Assembly (NCBI GenBank): GCA_043228905.1
Contig: JBHGNT010000014.1
Location: 14,322,001 to 14,386,000, forward strand
DNA length: 64,000 bases
Source of the DNA: Azolla caroliniana
Lineage: Eukaryota; Plantae; Polypodiophyta
Direction of reading: 5' to 3'
The notes under the pieces are model-generated. The model made no database searches. It saw only the letters and a program-made list of their open reading frames with translations, and was not told where the DNA came from. The position numbers and the translations under genes are program-made. Below, in pieces: positions 12,511 to 25,493 of the stretch. The number at the start of each line of letters is the position of its first letter. Positions within the stretch are counted from its first letter, which is position 1.

Positions 12511-14465
12511 ATGGATACACAATGAGTGAGATAGATAGATAGATAAATTATATTATTATCTTTGGAGGTCAAATATAACCTATGAGACCAAAAATATTAC
12601 ATTTCACGTGATACGTGTGAAACTGAGTAGTGACTCTCAATGTTCGAGAACTTTACCAATGAATGTTGCAATCGAGAGTGCACATTGTGGTTGTGAGAGA
12701 AATTCGTGCAAGAATTGGGCTCGGTCAAAGAGATGTGGAAAGCATGGTCGAATATGATCAAAGGTAGAGCATTGTATCAAAGTGAGAGACTCAGACTCAC
12801 GAAATTGTTTAGGGCAAAGTGTTCATAGCCCACCACTCTCATCACTTGTGCCTCAACACCTTGTCTCACATCGCAATGCATGTGAGCTAAGTCACATGGA
12901 AGCAATGGTTCGAATGGCAGATAACGGGATGGGCTCTAGCATGTATTGATGTGTACGGTTTCCCAGTTCCGCAAAGAATATGGTTTTGTAGTTAGGTGCA
13001 ACATGTGTAGTATAATGTGTGAAGCGAGAGCCTCCACATTTGTCCTATGACATGATACATTGGCGTTGCAAATATGCATCATTTATAGAGGAACCTAGTG
13101 ATGCATCATCAAACAAGTTTCTTGCATCCCATTTACCAAACCATTTTTCTATATCTTGCATCTAACTGGAACACAAAATTTTGCTTTTATGCATCTTTTG
13201 GATCTTTTTGCTTGCTTCCCATGCAATTCTACTAGGAAGTCGATGTGAGTGACATTTTTGAACCTTAAGCATGTATTCAACAACCCTTTCCATGGCTATG
13301 ATCTCAAGGAGGAGGGTGTAGGGAGTTTGTAGAAACTTTGTAAGAAAATGTTTTTGGACATTTTAAAACTCTTTCCACTTAGATTTTGGGATGTTACCGC
13401 CCCATATTTCCACCCCATAGAGAAGAACCGGTGTCACCAAAGTGTCGAAAAGATATTTGTTGAGGACCTAACACTTAATATCTCCAAGATTGCATGTGTT
13501 CTCAAATGCATAGTATGCTTACTTACCTGCCTCTAAGTGGCGTGTAGCATATTCATTCTTCTATCTATGATTTGAAGGAACTTCAAGGCCAAGATATTTG
13601 AAGCTTTCCACACGTTCAAGTGGTTCATTGTTGTACGTTGTCGTAGTGTATTTCGTACACTACGTGAAAAAGTAAAAATAATATAACCGATTTAATTACA
13701 TATAAATAAATAAAATAATATATCAAGATATTTATCACGTGCATAGGGCAAGATTCAAACCTTGCACCTCCACATAGCCAAACCTCAACTTTACCATTAT
13801 GCTACCTTATCTTTAGTGTTCTATAAATAGATTTAATAACTATAACTGCTTTATTTGCGCCTACCTTTATTAAAAGGTAAATCGTGCATTTTTAGAGTGT
13901 GTGAATATTTTATAGAAAAAAACGCAAGCAACTAAAAAGTGACTCGTGCACATCTAGCATGCATGAGCACTATATTTAGCAAATAAAAGCAAGGATTAGA
14001 AAAGCATCACATGCATATTTAGTGTGCATGAACATATTAGAAAAAAAGCATGTAGCTATGCTTAGTCTCTCCCATCACTACATAAGGATGGGGAGCACAA
14101 TGTAATAGGCGTGTGAAATATTTGGAAATTGGATATATTTCCGAAAACACCAACCAATTAATATAATCGTGGGATTCACGAAAATAATATAATTATACTT
14201 GTGGGATTCACAAGTTTCTTATATCTTTCTTTCAATCTAAATACATATTCTTATCTAAATATTGATTAATCGAATACAATACACTCGTGGGATTCACGAA
14301 ATTTCTATCTCTCTTTCTAATAATCTATTCATTACTAGCCTCATCTCATATTCTTCTTTCTCCTAGTCCAAAACCTCGGCGGTTCCCACCCGACTCACGC
14401 AACGATCCGGAGCCGAAAGGCACGACAACGTTGGTGAACCCGACGTTAAGGCGGGTGGCAAGGAG

Positions 14466-17400
14466 ATGGAGAATCAACAAGAGGCAATGAGCATAACGAT
14501 GATGATGATGTTCGAGCGGATGCTACAAGAACAACGAGTGATGTCGGAGATCACGGCGGCAGTAGAGCGGCTTGTGCGACGAAATGGGGAATTCAACGGA
14601 AATGATGTGTCATGCTATCTACGTGACTACAAGGCGGAGATGATACGATGTGGGATACCGGAAGGATTGCAAGTGACATCCTTCAATCGGGTGGCCACGG
14701 ATGAGCTACAAGAGAGAATCCACAAGATACGGCAACAAAACTCGACATGGGGGTCATTCGAAGAAGCTTTACGAGAGGCATATGATTACAAGAGATCGAA
14801 GGGAAAAGATCGGCGAGAATTCGACGAATGGGTGGCATCGGAGAAGACCCACCGAAGTGCAACACAAGCATTCCTAGAGTTCGAGCATCGACTTGCTCGA
14901 CTCTCGGAGCGAGAACAACGGTTGGTGGGGGAGGATAAAGTCCTAATGTTCGTAAAATCGATTGATCGAAAAGAAAGGATGGACATCGTGATCGAACTCG
15001 AAGACGATGACGGTACGAATGGTCTTACCGAAAATTGGGCCGAAGTCCAAAGGGTATGCCGGAGACATGATGAGAGGAAGATGAGAATCTTGTCAACGAC
15101 ATGGCCGATGAAGGATGGTCGATTGAAGACAAACGATGGAGCTGATATGAAGGCCGAAATACAACATGATGGTGTGACGGAAGAGGGTGTAAAACAAGCT
15201 ACCCTCTTGTCTTGCGAAAGAACGATGGCGAAGGATAAGGCCGATAACCCAAGTGTAGAAGAAGATTTCGGAATACAAGTGTCCGAAACATCGGGTGAAA
15301 AAGGGGTAAGCATAATTGATGTTTGCATAATTGATGCAGTGAAAGAGAGCAAGGAGGACTTGATTGAGGAGGTCGCCACGAAAGATGACATCGAATCGAA
15401 GGTGGCTATGGACGAATCAACGACGGATGGCCATATCGAGACTTCCCCACCATTGATTCTAGAGACTCCGGCGGTTGCGTTCGAAAGGCAACGTGAGACC
15501 GAAGAGACGGAAGGTGGCGGAGAGAAAACAAAGGTCGAAGTCGATGCATACGACGGAGAGATAGCCGAGAATATGGCTATGGGTGAAACAATGGAGGATG
15601 ATAATACCGAGGATTCCTACCCACTAATTCTAGAGACTTCGGCAGTTGTGTCCGAGAACCAACGTGAGACCGGAGAGACGGGAGGTGGCGGCAAGAAAGG
15701 TAAAGTCGGAAGCCGATTCGGATGGAAGGTGATCCGGACGGGATTCCGATCCGAAAGAAAGCCGAACCGGGTAAAAGAGGATTCGACCAAAAGTCGACCC
15801 GAAAGAAAGCCGAACCGAAAGGAAGAGAATTCGGCCGAAAGACGACACAAACACGTTCGCGTTCACAAGTGGAAGGATTGCGCATAAGTGGAAGGATAAG
15901 GAATATTCCGTTTGATTTTGGGGTTTTTTTGCCATTTCACAAAACATCTTGATACTAGTATCACATGTTCTCGAAAACTTGATGAAAAAGTTGAAATTTT
16001 CACCATTTGGTAAAATTGAAAAATGCCAAATTTGGGTCAAATATGAAAAGTAACTTGTGGATTTTTAAGGAAAAATGACAGCTAATAAGTTTTTAGATCT
16101 TAAGGAAATTGAAAGTACAATACTTCAAAACAATGAACATTTTTATTCCATTCGATAAAATGTTGTCTAAATTTGTTACATATAGTTGTACAACAAATAC
16201 ATTTGGGAGTTATTTGCATGACTATCATCATTCTTTTCATAACAATCACTACTATAGATAATATACAATCGTGACTCTTCCTCCTCATTTTCCAATGTAC
16301 CAATCAAATCATTGTCTTCACCAAATGGTATCTCCAAATTGTGTGCAGTAAATCTTCTTCCCCTTCAATTTGAGATATCTTCTAGACTTGCTAATATCTC
16401 TTTTATTATGTATATCGTTGTTGTCCTTAAACATCCAAATTTTGTGTGTGTAAAGTCATACATAATGATATCCACCTCATTAATGTTAATCATAGATGTA
16501 TTACAAAGGTTTAATGCATCATCACGTCCAAAACTTTACCAATGCCGAATTGGTACCCTAGGTCATGGCCATCTACATGTGTAGCTATTAATATCCCCAT
16601 CTTGAGTTCTTGCAAGTTTCCTTGTCATCTGAGTTCATCCAAAAAACCATAATTTTCATCACAATTCGATATAATAATCTCAAAGTTTGTTTTACTAGAT
16701 TTAAAAAAAAAAAATAATAATAATTTGTGCTTGAGTTCATCTAGAAAACCATAATTGTCATCACAATTCAATATAATGTATTGAGTTCATGCTTAAAGTA
16801 TTTTTTTCTAATTTGTTTCAATTTTTTTTTCGAATTTTTATTTATAATTTTAGAAACTTCAGAAGTCCCAGCATATGATGAATTGAACAAAGCTAACTTT
16901 TTAAATGTATTGCAATGTATGGTCTAGTGGTCAAGAGTTAGACCCATGAAGTATTAGGTCATGGGTTCAAGTCCTACCATATCATGATTTCAATATAGCT
17001 AAATTTTGTTAAATGAACAAATCTAGCTTTTCAACATGAACTTGATACGGCGTATCGAGTTCATGTAACAAATCACGCTTTTAAACATGAACTCGATACG
17101 CCGTATCAAGTTCATGTTGAAAAGCTAACGTTTTTACATGAACTCGATACGGCGTATCGAGTTCATGTTAAAAAGCTAATATAGTATTCTTAGTGTTGAT
17201 AATATTTCTAAAAATGATTTTATCTTGTGTTACAATATATGATCTAATGGTTAGGAGTTGGACCCATGAGCGTTATCGAGTTCATGTAAAAAAGCTAATA
17301 TAGTATTCTTAGTGTTGATAATATTTCTAAAAATGATTTTATCTTGTGTTACAATATATGGTCTAATGGTTAGGAGTTGGACCCATGAGCGTAAGGTCAT

Positions 17401-19738
17401 GGGTTCGAGTCCTACATTACCATGACATGAAACAAAACTAATATTTTTGCACGAAAAAATCATGCTTTTAAACATGAACTCGATACGGCGTATCGAGTTC
17501 ATGTAAAAAAGCGTGATTTTTTCATCTAAAAATGTTAGTTTTCTTCATGTCATGGTAAGGTGAGACTTGAACCCATGACCTAACGTTGCATGGGTCGAGT
17601 TCCTAACCATTAAACCATACATTGTAATACAAAGAATATTTTCATTTTCAACTAGTTTAGCAAGCCTTAGAACACTATCAAAGGAGCCACAAGGCATTAT
17701 TTCGAACCAAATCGGTTCAACGCCAGACTTAAGCCTCTTAGCCTTCATTGTATATTCTTCTCACATAATATATCGCTGTCATCATCATTCCCACTTAGTC
17801 CCTCTCTCACTCTCACTCTCTCTCTCTCTTCTTTTCTCAAGTGTTCTACACCTTCTATTCTTCTTAGTACTAATATTTCTCTCTTAGTACTAATTTCGTC
17901 ACTGTCTTAGAAAGTTTTTTTGTGCTTTAATAGGTAATGAAAAAACCAGACTTTTTATCACAAGTCGATACAATGTATCGAGTTCATGTTTTAAATTATT
18001 ATTTTTTCCATAAAAAATAAAAATAAATCAAAAAATTTGAAAAAAAATAAAAAATTTTGAAACAAATTGAAAATAAAAAATTTAAAAATTAGAAAAAATT
18101 ACTTTAAACATGAACTCGATACATTATATCGAATTGTGATGAAAAATCTAGTTTTTCTATGAACTCAAGCTTAATTTATAATTTTTATTATTTTTGTTTA
18201 ATTCGGTAAAAAAACTTTGAACATGAACTCAATATATTGTATAGAATTATGATGAAAACTCTATTTTTTACATCAACTCAATACAACATATCGTGTTCAT
18301 GTTTAAAACTGTTGTTGTTTTTCAAATAAAAGAGGTTTTTAAAGATGTATGTTGCACAACAAAATACCTTATGGTAAACATGTGCTTCATTTATTAGATT
18401 CAGAAAACCATTAATAATTCTGTTGATGGTAACTGAACTTTGCAAATGCCATTACGTCACAAATTTTGAAGGGGAATTCTTATAAGGAAGAACACGATAA
18501 CATTGTAGATACCCTGATAACTATGTGTTATGTTTAAATTGATATATTAATGTTCACATCTAAAGTTTGACAGTTTATGAATATCGTCTACATTTTAGGA
18601 GTTTTGGATTTATCAAAATTGTTTATGAATATTGTCTACATTTCTTGAGTTGTGAATTTATGGATGTTAGTGAGCATTAATTTATAGATGATGACATTAA
18701 GGATTGCAATGTTACCTTTTATAGTTAAAACATTTTCAAGTCTAACAATAGATGTAATCTTAATCTCCTCAAGATGGTGAAACCATTAACCTTAACTTGT
18801 GCCTTGAGTTGACCATTGTGATTTTCTTTAAGTTAACTACATTTCATATCTACAAACCATCAAAATTTAAACATTTATTGAAAAACTATTCCATTTTAGA
18901 AATGATCATTTTGAAACTTGTAAATCTCAAAAAACTAGCAAATTTTTACATGCTATTTAAAACATGTGATACTGGTGTATCAAGTTTTTGAAAATAGTCT
19001 AAAATCGCAAGATTATAAAAGGAATCTATAAGTGGAATGCGCAATCCTTCCACTTGTGAACGCAAACGTGTTCACAAACGAAAGCCGAACCGGGCGAATG
19101 AGAATTCGGCCGAAAGACGACCCGAAAGAAAGCCGACCCGAAAAGGGGTCGACTCGGTCAAAACCGATCGACTAAGTCTGACTTGGCCGAACGCGAATAT
19201 GGATGGAAGCCGACCTAGCCGAAAGCCGATCGGACGAGACCGATCTGGAAAGAAGCTAATCCGATTCAATCGGAGGTTGGACCGGTCGAGGCTGGTGAAA
19301 ACGAGGAAAAGAAAGCCAACTGAAAAGGAGACCGACTCAATCGAAACCGAACAACCGATTCCGATTCGGCCGAATACGAATCCGATCGGAAGCCGATCAA
19401 ACCGAAAGTCGATCGGACGAGAGCGATCCGGAAAAAAGTCAAGGTTGATGAAGACAAGAAAGAGGCCAGTAAAAGACACTACCACGAATGACAAGGGCCA
19501 AGAATATGACGAGAGAGAACAAAGAATATGGTGGATCGGATGGCGACAATGGTTCGGGTGGAAAGAATGGGTCTATTCAAAATGGAGAGACAAAGTTGAC
19601 ATAGCGGGACAAACGGAGGATGAAGGGGAGACAACGAGCATCGGCAACTTCGGCACATACCGGAGGATGTGCGGGTTCGGAGGGGGCGAGTGTCGTAGTG
19701 TATTTCGTACACTACGTGAAAAAGTAAAAATAATATAA
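14466..19738 (+). CDS. gag: Gag-like ORF with acidic then basic low-complexity extension (~680 aa once the 15850-19076 insertion is removed), reading into the 3' LTR
   Basis: FNGNDVSCYLRDYKAEM capsid-like N-terminus. ORFs 14466 and 19037 join in frame at the CACA TSD. Confidence 0.7.
15850..19072. mobile_element. Non-autonomous foldback DNA transposon with 36-bp TIRs and 4-bp TSD CACA
   Basis: TIR AACACGTTCGCGTTCACAAGTGGAAGGATTGCGCAT (15850-15885) and its reverse complement with 1 mismatch (19037-19072). CACA at 15846-49 and 19073-76. Long internal inverted repeats at ~16620-16850 and ~18040-18290. Confidence 0.85.
17548..17910 (+). mobile_element. Diverged RLG1-type LTR inside the foldback element
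   Basis: TGTCATGG start, gaacccatgacc, gaaccaaatcggttcaacgcc and tagtactaat motifs shared with 44398-44845. Confidence 0.7.
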
Positions 19739-22700
19739 CCGATTTAATTACATATAAATAAATAAAATAATATATCAAGATATTTATCACGTGCATAGGG
19801 CAAGATTCGAACCTTGTACCTCCACGTAGCCAAACCTCAACTTTACCATTATGCTACCTTATCTTTAGTGTTCTATAAATAGATTTAATAACTATAACTG
19901 CTTTATTTGCGCCTACCTTTATTAAAAGGTAAATCGTGCATTTTTAGAGTGTGTGAATATTTTATAGAAAAAAACGCAAGCAACTAAAAAGTGACTCGTG
20001 CACATCTAGCGTGCATGAGCACTATATTTAGCAAATAAAAGCAAGGATTAGAAAAGCATCACATGCATATTTAGTGTGCATGAACATATTAGAAAAAAAG
20101 CATGTAGCTATGCTTAGTCTCTCCCATCACTACATATAAGGATGGGGAGCACAATGTAATAGGCGTGTGAAATATTTGGAAATTGGATATATTTCCGAAA
20201 ACACCAACCAATTAATATAATCGTGGGATTCACAAAAATAATATAATTATACTTGAGGGATTCACAAGTTTCTTATATCTTTCTTTCAATCTAAATACAT
20301 ATTCTTATCTAAATATTGATTAATCGAATACAATACACTCGTGGGATTCACGAAATTTCTATCTCTCTTTCTAATAATCTATTCATTACTAGCCTCATCT
20401 CATATTCTTCTTTCTCCTAGTCCAAAACCTCGGCGGTTCCCACCCGACTCACGCAACGATCCGGAGCCGAAAGGCACGACAACGTAATGCATGGTTTATC
20501 TCTTTTTTGGCTCTTCACAAGCATAAGCTTTGTTTTAGAGCTATTGACACTTAATTTAGTATGCATGCAAATTTTTTCCAATGACTTCATCAGCTTTTGT
20601 GCATCTCCTAAAGTATTTACAAAAAACACTACATCATTTGCATATAGCAAAAACATAATCACAACATTCCCAATGGAAACTTCTTCAACACATTCGTCCT
20701 TTGCAAACTTGGTAACCATTTCTTCTAATTCATCAATACATAGACCAAATAGTGTTGGTGAGAGTGGGCATCCTTGCTTAACACCAATAGTGCTATTGAA
20801 AAAATCTAAAAGTCTATCTCTCATATGCACAGAACATATAACCTTCTCATAAATTTAGGAAATTGCAAGCATATATTCACTTGGCACCTCAATTTCTTCC
20901 ATTTACCTCCAAAGATGCTCACGAGATACCATATCAAAAGCTTTCTTGAAGTCTACAAAACAACAATATAAACATTTACCTTCAAAGCGACTTTCCTCCA
21001 TTAATACGCGAAGGGTAACAAGGTGATCAATGGTGCTATGGTGTTTTCGAAGTCTAGCTTGTCCATAAGCTCTCTTACCATTTTTTTCAGCCCATACACG
21101 TATCTTTGATTACATTATACATCCAAATAGTTTTGCCATTAATTAGCCAACCATGATGGTTCAATAGTTGTTTACAATATTTACATCTCCACCTTTATGT
21201 AAAGGTTTGATCCAATTTGTAGTCCAATCATACGACATACCATGTTGCAATGCATCATTAAACATATCGCTTATCCATACATATGCTTCCTTTCCCGTCC
21301 ATTTGAACATTTTAGCCTTTATACGTTGAAGATCGCTTGCCTTTCGAGAGGTCAATTTCTTAAGTCCTATGCATATATCTTCAATTGTAAAGAAGGGAGA
21401 AATAATATGTGAAAGAGAACCATAACATCATCTTTTCGGCAATAGATAACTCATCTAAATTCTTACAATGCATAGACAAGTCGTGAAGAGTTAAGTCACC
21501 ATAACTCTCAACACGTTTCCCATTTAGACCTCCCCAAAATTTAGCACATGCATGTGCTTTCTCTTGCGTTTGGATAAATTGTTGAGTAACTTCCCATATT
21601 CTTCTCTTTCTTTGAATAAACCTTTTATACTCATGCAAATGCTTTTGGTAATTCTCTTTATCCTTAACTACATCCAAAACCATAAGGCACTTTCGAGCTT
21701 CGCGACATTCTTTATCAAACCATTTTTCCCTAAGTTTCTTGGTGCATTTCCAAGATGTGCGGTTGGTCGAAAAACATTTGTTTGTACAGGAGAGAATTTC
21801 TTGAAAGCTTCCCATTTGCATTCTAGTGTGGCACCATGTTGTATCTTTGTCCTTTGTAATATATCCTCAACCATCTTGGAATATGTGGGCGTTCTCTTAA
21901 GGTTTATGCTCAAGTGTGGTTGTTTATTATCTTCAATAGCCTTCTCACAATCAAACCTATGCATACATTTGAGATCAATACATAAAGGCCTCTGATCGGA
22001 TTCCGGTGTACATTCACCAAGTGAGAATTTATTTATACGATCCAAAATACCTTCGGAAAGTAGCACATAGCCAATCACACTATTTCCATTGTGTTTTCTA
22101 CATGCAAAACCATTAGTGTTGAGTCATAAGGAAATACCATTTGCAACCCGGTTGCTACATTTGATCCGGTTCCTTCTTTCGGCTCGTCCAATCCGGCTCC
22201 TCTGGTTCTCATCCGGATCCCATCCGGAGGGACCAAATTCCCAACAAACTCCCCCTTCACTTCGGCATGGGATTTCTCGTTAGTTTGATCCGTCTCCGGC
22301 ATGTGTCTAGTTTGTCGGCTAACAACACCTTGGTCAGCATATCCGACCCGTTCTCCTCCGTGTGGATATTCATCAACACAAAGTCTTGATCTTCTACCTT
22401 CTCTCGGAGCTAGTGATATCTTCTCTAGATGTGCTTGGTCGGAGAATGGTAGGTCGCGTTCTTAGCAAGGTGGATGGCACTTTGGCTGTCATAGTAAAGC
22501 CGATATTCCTCCTGTGGAATCCCTAGCTCTTCGATGAAGTCCTTCATCCAAATTACTTCCTTATCGGTTTCCACAATTTTCATGTACTCTGCTTCTGTTG
22601 TTGATAGTGCAACAAACTTCTGTAGACTCGACTGCCACGATACTACTCCCCTTGTATATGTCATGACGTATCCAGATAGGGACCGGCTAGTATCCACATC

Positions 22701-23148
22701 AGCCGACATATCTGAATCCGTAAAACCTTCTAGTTTGGGTTTACCTGAGCCGAACTGAAGGCACATACTTGAGGTGCCTTTCAAGTACCGGAGTATCCAC
22801 TTGACCGCATTCTAGTGTTCTCTTCTCGGATTTCTCACGAACCGGTTGACCACTCTGCTTGCGTATTCGATATTTGGTCGGGTGCACACCATCGCGCACA
22901 TTAAGCTTCCAACGGTAGAGGCATATGGTATCCTCATCATATCCGACTTCTCTGCCTTTGTCTTCGGGCTCTACTTTCCAGACAACTTCCAGTTTGCCGG
23001 AAGTGAAAACCCGACCGATTTCGCATCTATCATGTTGAACCTTTGGAGCACCTTTGTCACGTACTTTTCTTGTGACAACCATAGCAATTTCTTCGACTGG
23101 TCCCGGATTATGTGCATCCCCAAAATTTGTCTTGTCAGACCCAAATCT

Positions 23149-25493
23149 TGTTACCGTACGAGACGTACGGGTGATTGTTAAGTGTGATAAGTGCGGGTGA
23201 AAGATATATGTATGTGTAATGTCATACGATTATGAGTGTGAATGTAAGTGAGAGTGTGAGGGATATAAAGAGGTGTGAGTTTGTGACTAGGTGTGAATGG
23301 CCAAGGGTCTTGCACCCTTGTGTATCTACCCCTTTGTACCTATATTAACCCCTTATGGGGAATGAATGAAAAAAAAAGCAATAGTTCTCTCTCTCTTCCT
23401 CTCTCTCTCTCTCTCTCTCTCTCCCATAACGTTGAACCCCTTGGGAGGGGGGTGGAGCCATTCTAGGCACCACCCCCCACCCCACAATGCTTCTCAATGC
23501 ACATCGTAATCATGCTCTCAACCCCATAATGCTTATCAATCTCGCCATCACATTGTTTCCATCTTCATCACTATCAATGTCATCATCAATCTCGCAATGC
23601 TAATCATTTCCATATTCGTATTATTAACAAACCCTAACCCTATTCCTATCTTTATCACCATAATCATTAACCCTAACCCTAAAACCATCAACACTATTTT
23701 GGCACGCCCTACGGCCGACCATCCTTAGAGAAGAAGTCAAAGAAGGATGCACGATGACAACGTAAATGTGAAATGTGCGATAAATGGTGATAATAATGTG
23801 GGCGAAATCGAATCAACAATGTATGGTAAATGGCGGTTACAATATGCTAGATAATGTCAATGAATGAGATGTGGCAATACGAATGTGCGAGAAAGAGTGG
23901 TGCGGGAAATGGAGACAAACGAAGACGGTGATGGAATAAGGGAACGGAGCCCGTGATGATGGCAAAGAAAAAAAGAAGAATAGCATCGAGACGATCGAAC
24001 GAGCAACCGGAGTGGCCGAGGAGTGGCCACAATGACCGGAGAGAGGCCGGAATGAACGGCGGCAATCGGAATGAACAGCGGCAATCGGAATGAATGGAGG
24101 GAAGTGGACGAAGAGCGATGTCGATTGTGGTGGCAGCCAACCGATGATCGAAACCAACAAAAGCAACGGCCGAACGACGGCCGGATGGGCCAAATAGCGG
24201 TCAAAATTGCGGCGGCCAAGAGTGGCGGCGTCGGAATGGCTAGAGTGGCAAAACAGCCCCGGCGGCCAAATATCGACGTGAGAAAGACGGCCGGAATAGC
24301 CGAAATCGTCGAACAATGAAGCGGAGCGGTGGAATGGCCGGCGGCCGGACAAACGACCAAGGAAATGGTCGGAAGGGCTGGAAATAGATGTTGGTGATCG
24401 GATGGCAACCAAACAACAATAGATAAAGATGAATATAACATTAGGAAGAAGAAAGATGAAGAAAGAATGAGAAACATTAAGAACAAGAAAAGAGAGAGAA
24501 ACGGGAGAAAACGCATGAAGAAGAAGGAAGAATGAGAAGAAAAGAAAAGAAAGAACGTGAAAAAAAAAAGAGAGAGGAAAAAGAAATTTAAAATAATATT
24601 ATTATAAAGAAATAAAAAGAGAAAGATAGGGGCATAAGACAAATTTCAAAAACTCATGGACCTAAAAGAAATGGACGCAAACCACACACAACTCACAAGA
24701 TACAAAGAAGACTATACATACAACGTTTTTTTGACAACCCGAAGTATGTTACCAAGTTCGTGTGCCGACAGAACGAGAATGTTCGTGTCGATAAAGATTC
24801 GCTGACCGACAAAGATGTTCGAGTCAAGCGCTCCGATCGAGGGAGTCGATCGTTGAGAGGACCGATGGAAGTTCCGGTCGAAGAAAGATTATGATCAAGG
24901 CATGTGGGATCGAAGTGCAAGGCACTTTCCCACGGGCGTGCCATATTGTGTTACCGTACGAGACGTACGGGTGATTGTTAAGTGTGATAAGTGCGGGTGA
25001 AAGATATATGTATGTGTAATGTCATACGATTATGAGTGTGAATGTAAGTGAGAGTGTGAGGGATATAAAGAGGTGTGAGTTTGTGACTAGGTGTGAATGG
25101 CCAAGGGTCTTGCACCCTTGTGTATCTACCCCTTTGTACCTATATTAACCCCTTATGGGGAATGAATGAAAAAAAAAGCAATAGTTCTCTCTCTCTTCCT
25201 CTCTCTCTCTCTCTCTCTCTCTCCCATAACGTTGAACCCCTTGGGAGGGGGGTGGAGCCATTCTAGGCACCACCCCCCACCCCACAATGCTTCTCAATGC
25301 ACATCGTAATCATGCTCTCAACCCCATAATGCTTATCAATCTCGCCATCACATTGTTTCCATCTTCATCACTATCAATGTCATCATCAATCTCGCAATGC
25401 TAATCATTTCCATATTCGTATTATTAACAAACCCTAACCCTATTCCTATCTTTATCACCATAATCATTAACCCTAACCCTAAAACCATCAACA
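23149..25493 (+). mobile_element. Young non-coding TRIM/LARD-like LTR element; LTRs 23149-23693 and 24949-25493 (appear identical); TSD AATCT
   Basis: Two 545-bp LTRs and AATCT on both sides. PBS-like TGGCACGCCC at 23700-23709. Internal region and LTR are homologous to 59700-61320. Confidence 0.93.

Larger units (their letters stand above)
13639..20481 (+). mobile_element. Non-autonomous gag-only LTR retrotransposon; LTRs 13639-14427 and 19691-20481; tRNA-Trp PBS 14432-14446; PPT 19679-19690; 4-bp TSD ACGT
   Basis: Near-identical ~790-bp LTRs TGTCG...CGACA. PBS is TGGTGAACCCGACGT. ACGT lies on both flanks and the host LINE frame is restored. Confidence 0.92.

Noticed and set aside
17030-17170. 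CRISPR-like array of palindromic repeats with ~20-nt spacers
   Set aside because: The units alternate orientation, the spacers are related AT-rich arms of larger palindromes, there are no cas genes, and the context is a eukaryotic TE.
15884-19037. ATAAGTGGAA direct repeat as a 10-bp MULE TSD
   Set aside because: It lies inside the true 36-bp TIRs. The outer boundary with the CACA TSD restores the host ORF.
23630-23685. AACCCTAA motifs as telomeric sequence (also 27770-27800 and 33275-33350)
   Set aside because: These are isolated telo-box-like motifs inside LTRs, not telomeric arrays.
23837-24642. Phe/Ser-rich ORFs (also 59995-60532)
   Set aside because: These are antisense readings of GA-rich low-complexity DNA with no domain motifs.
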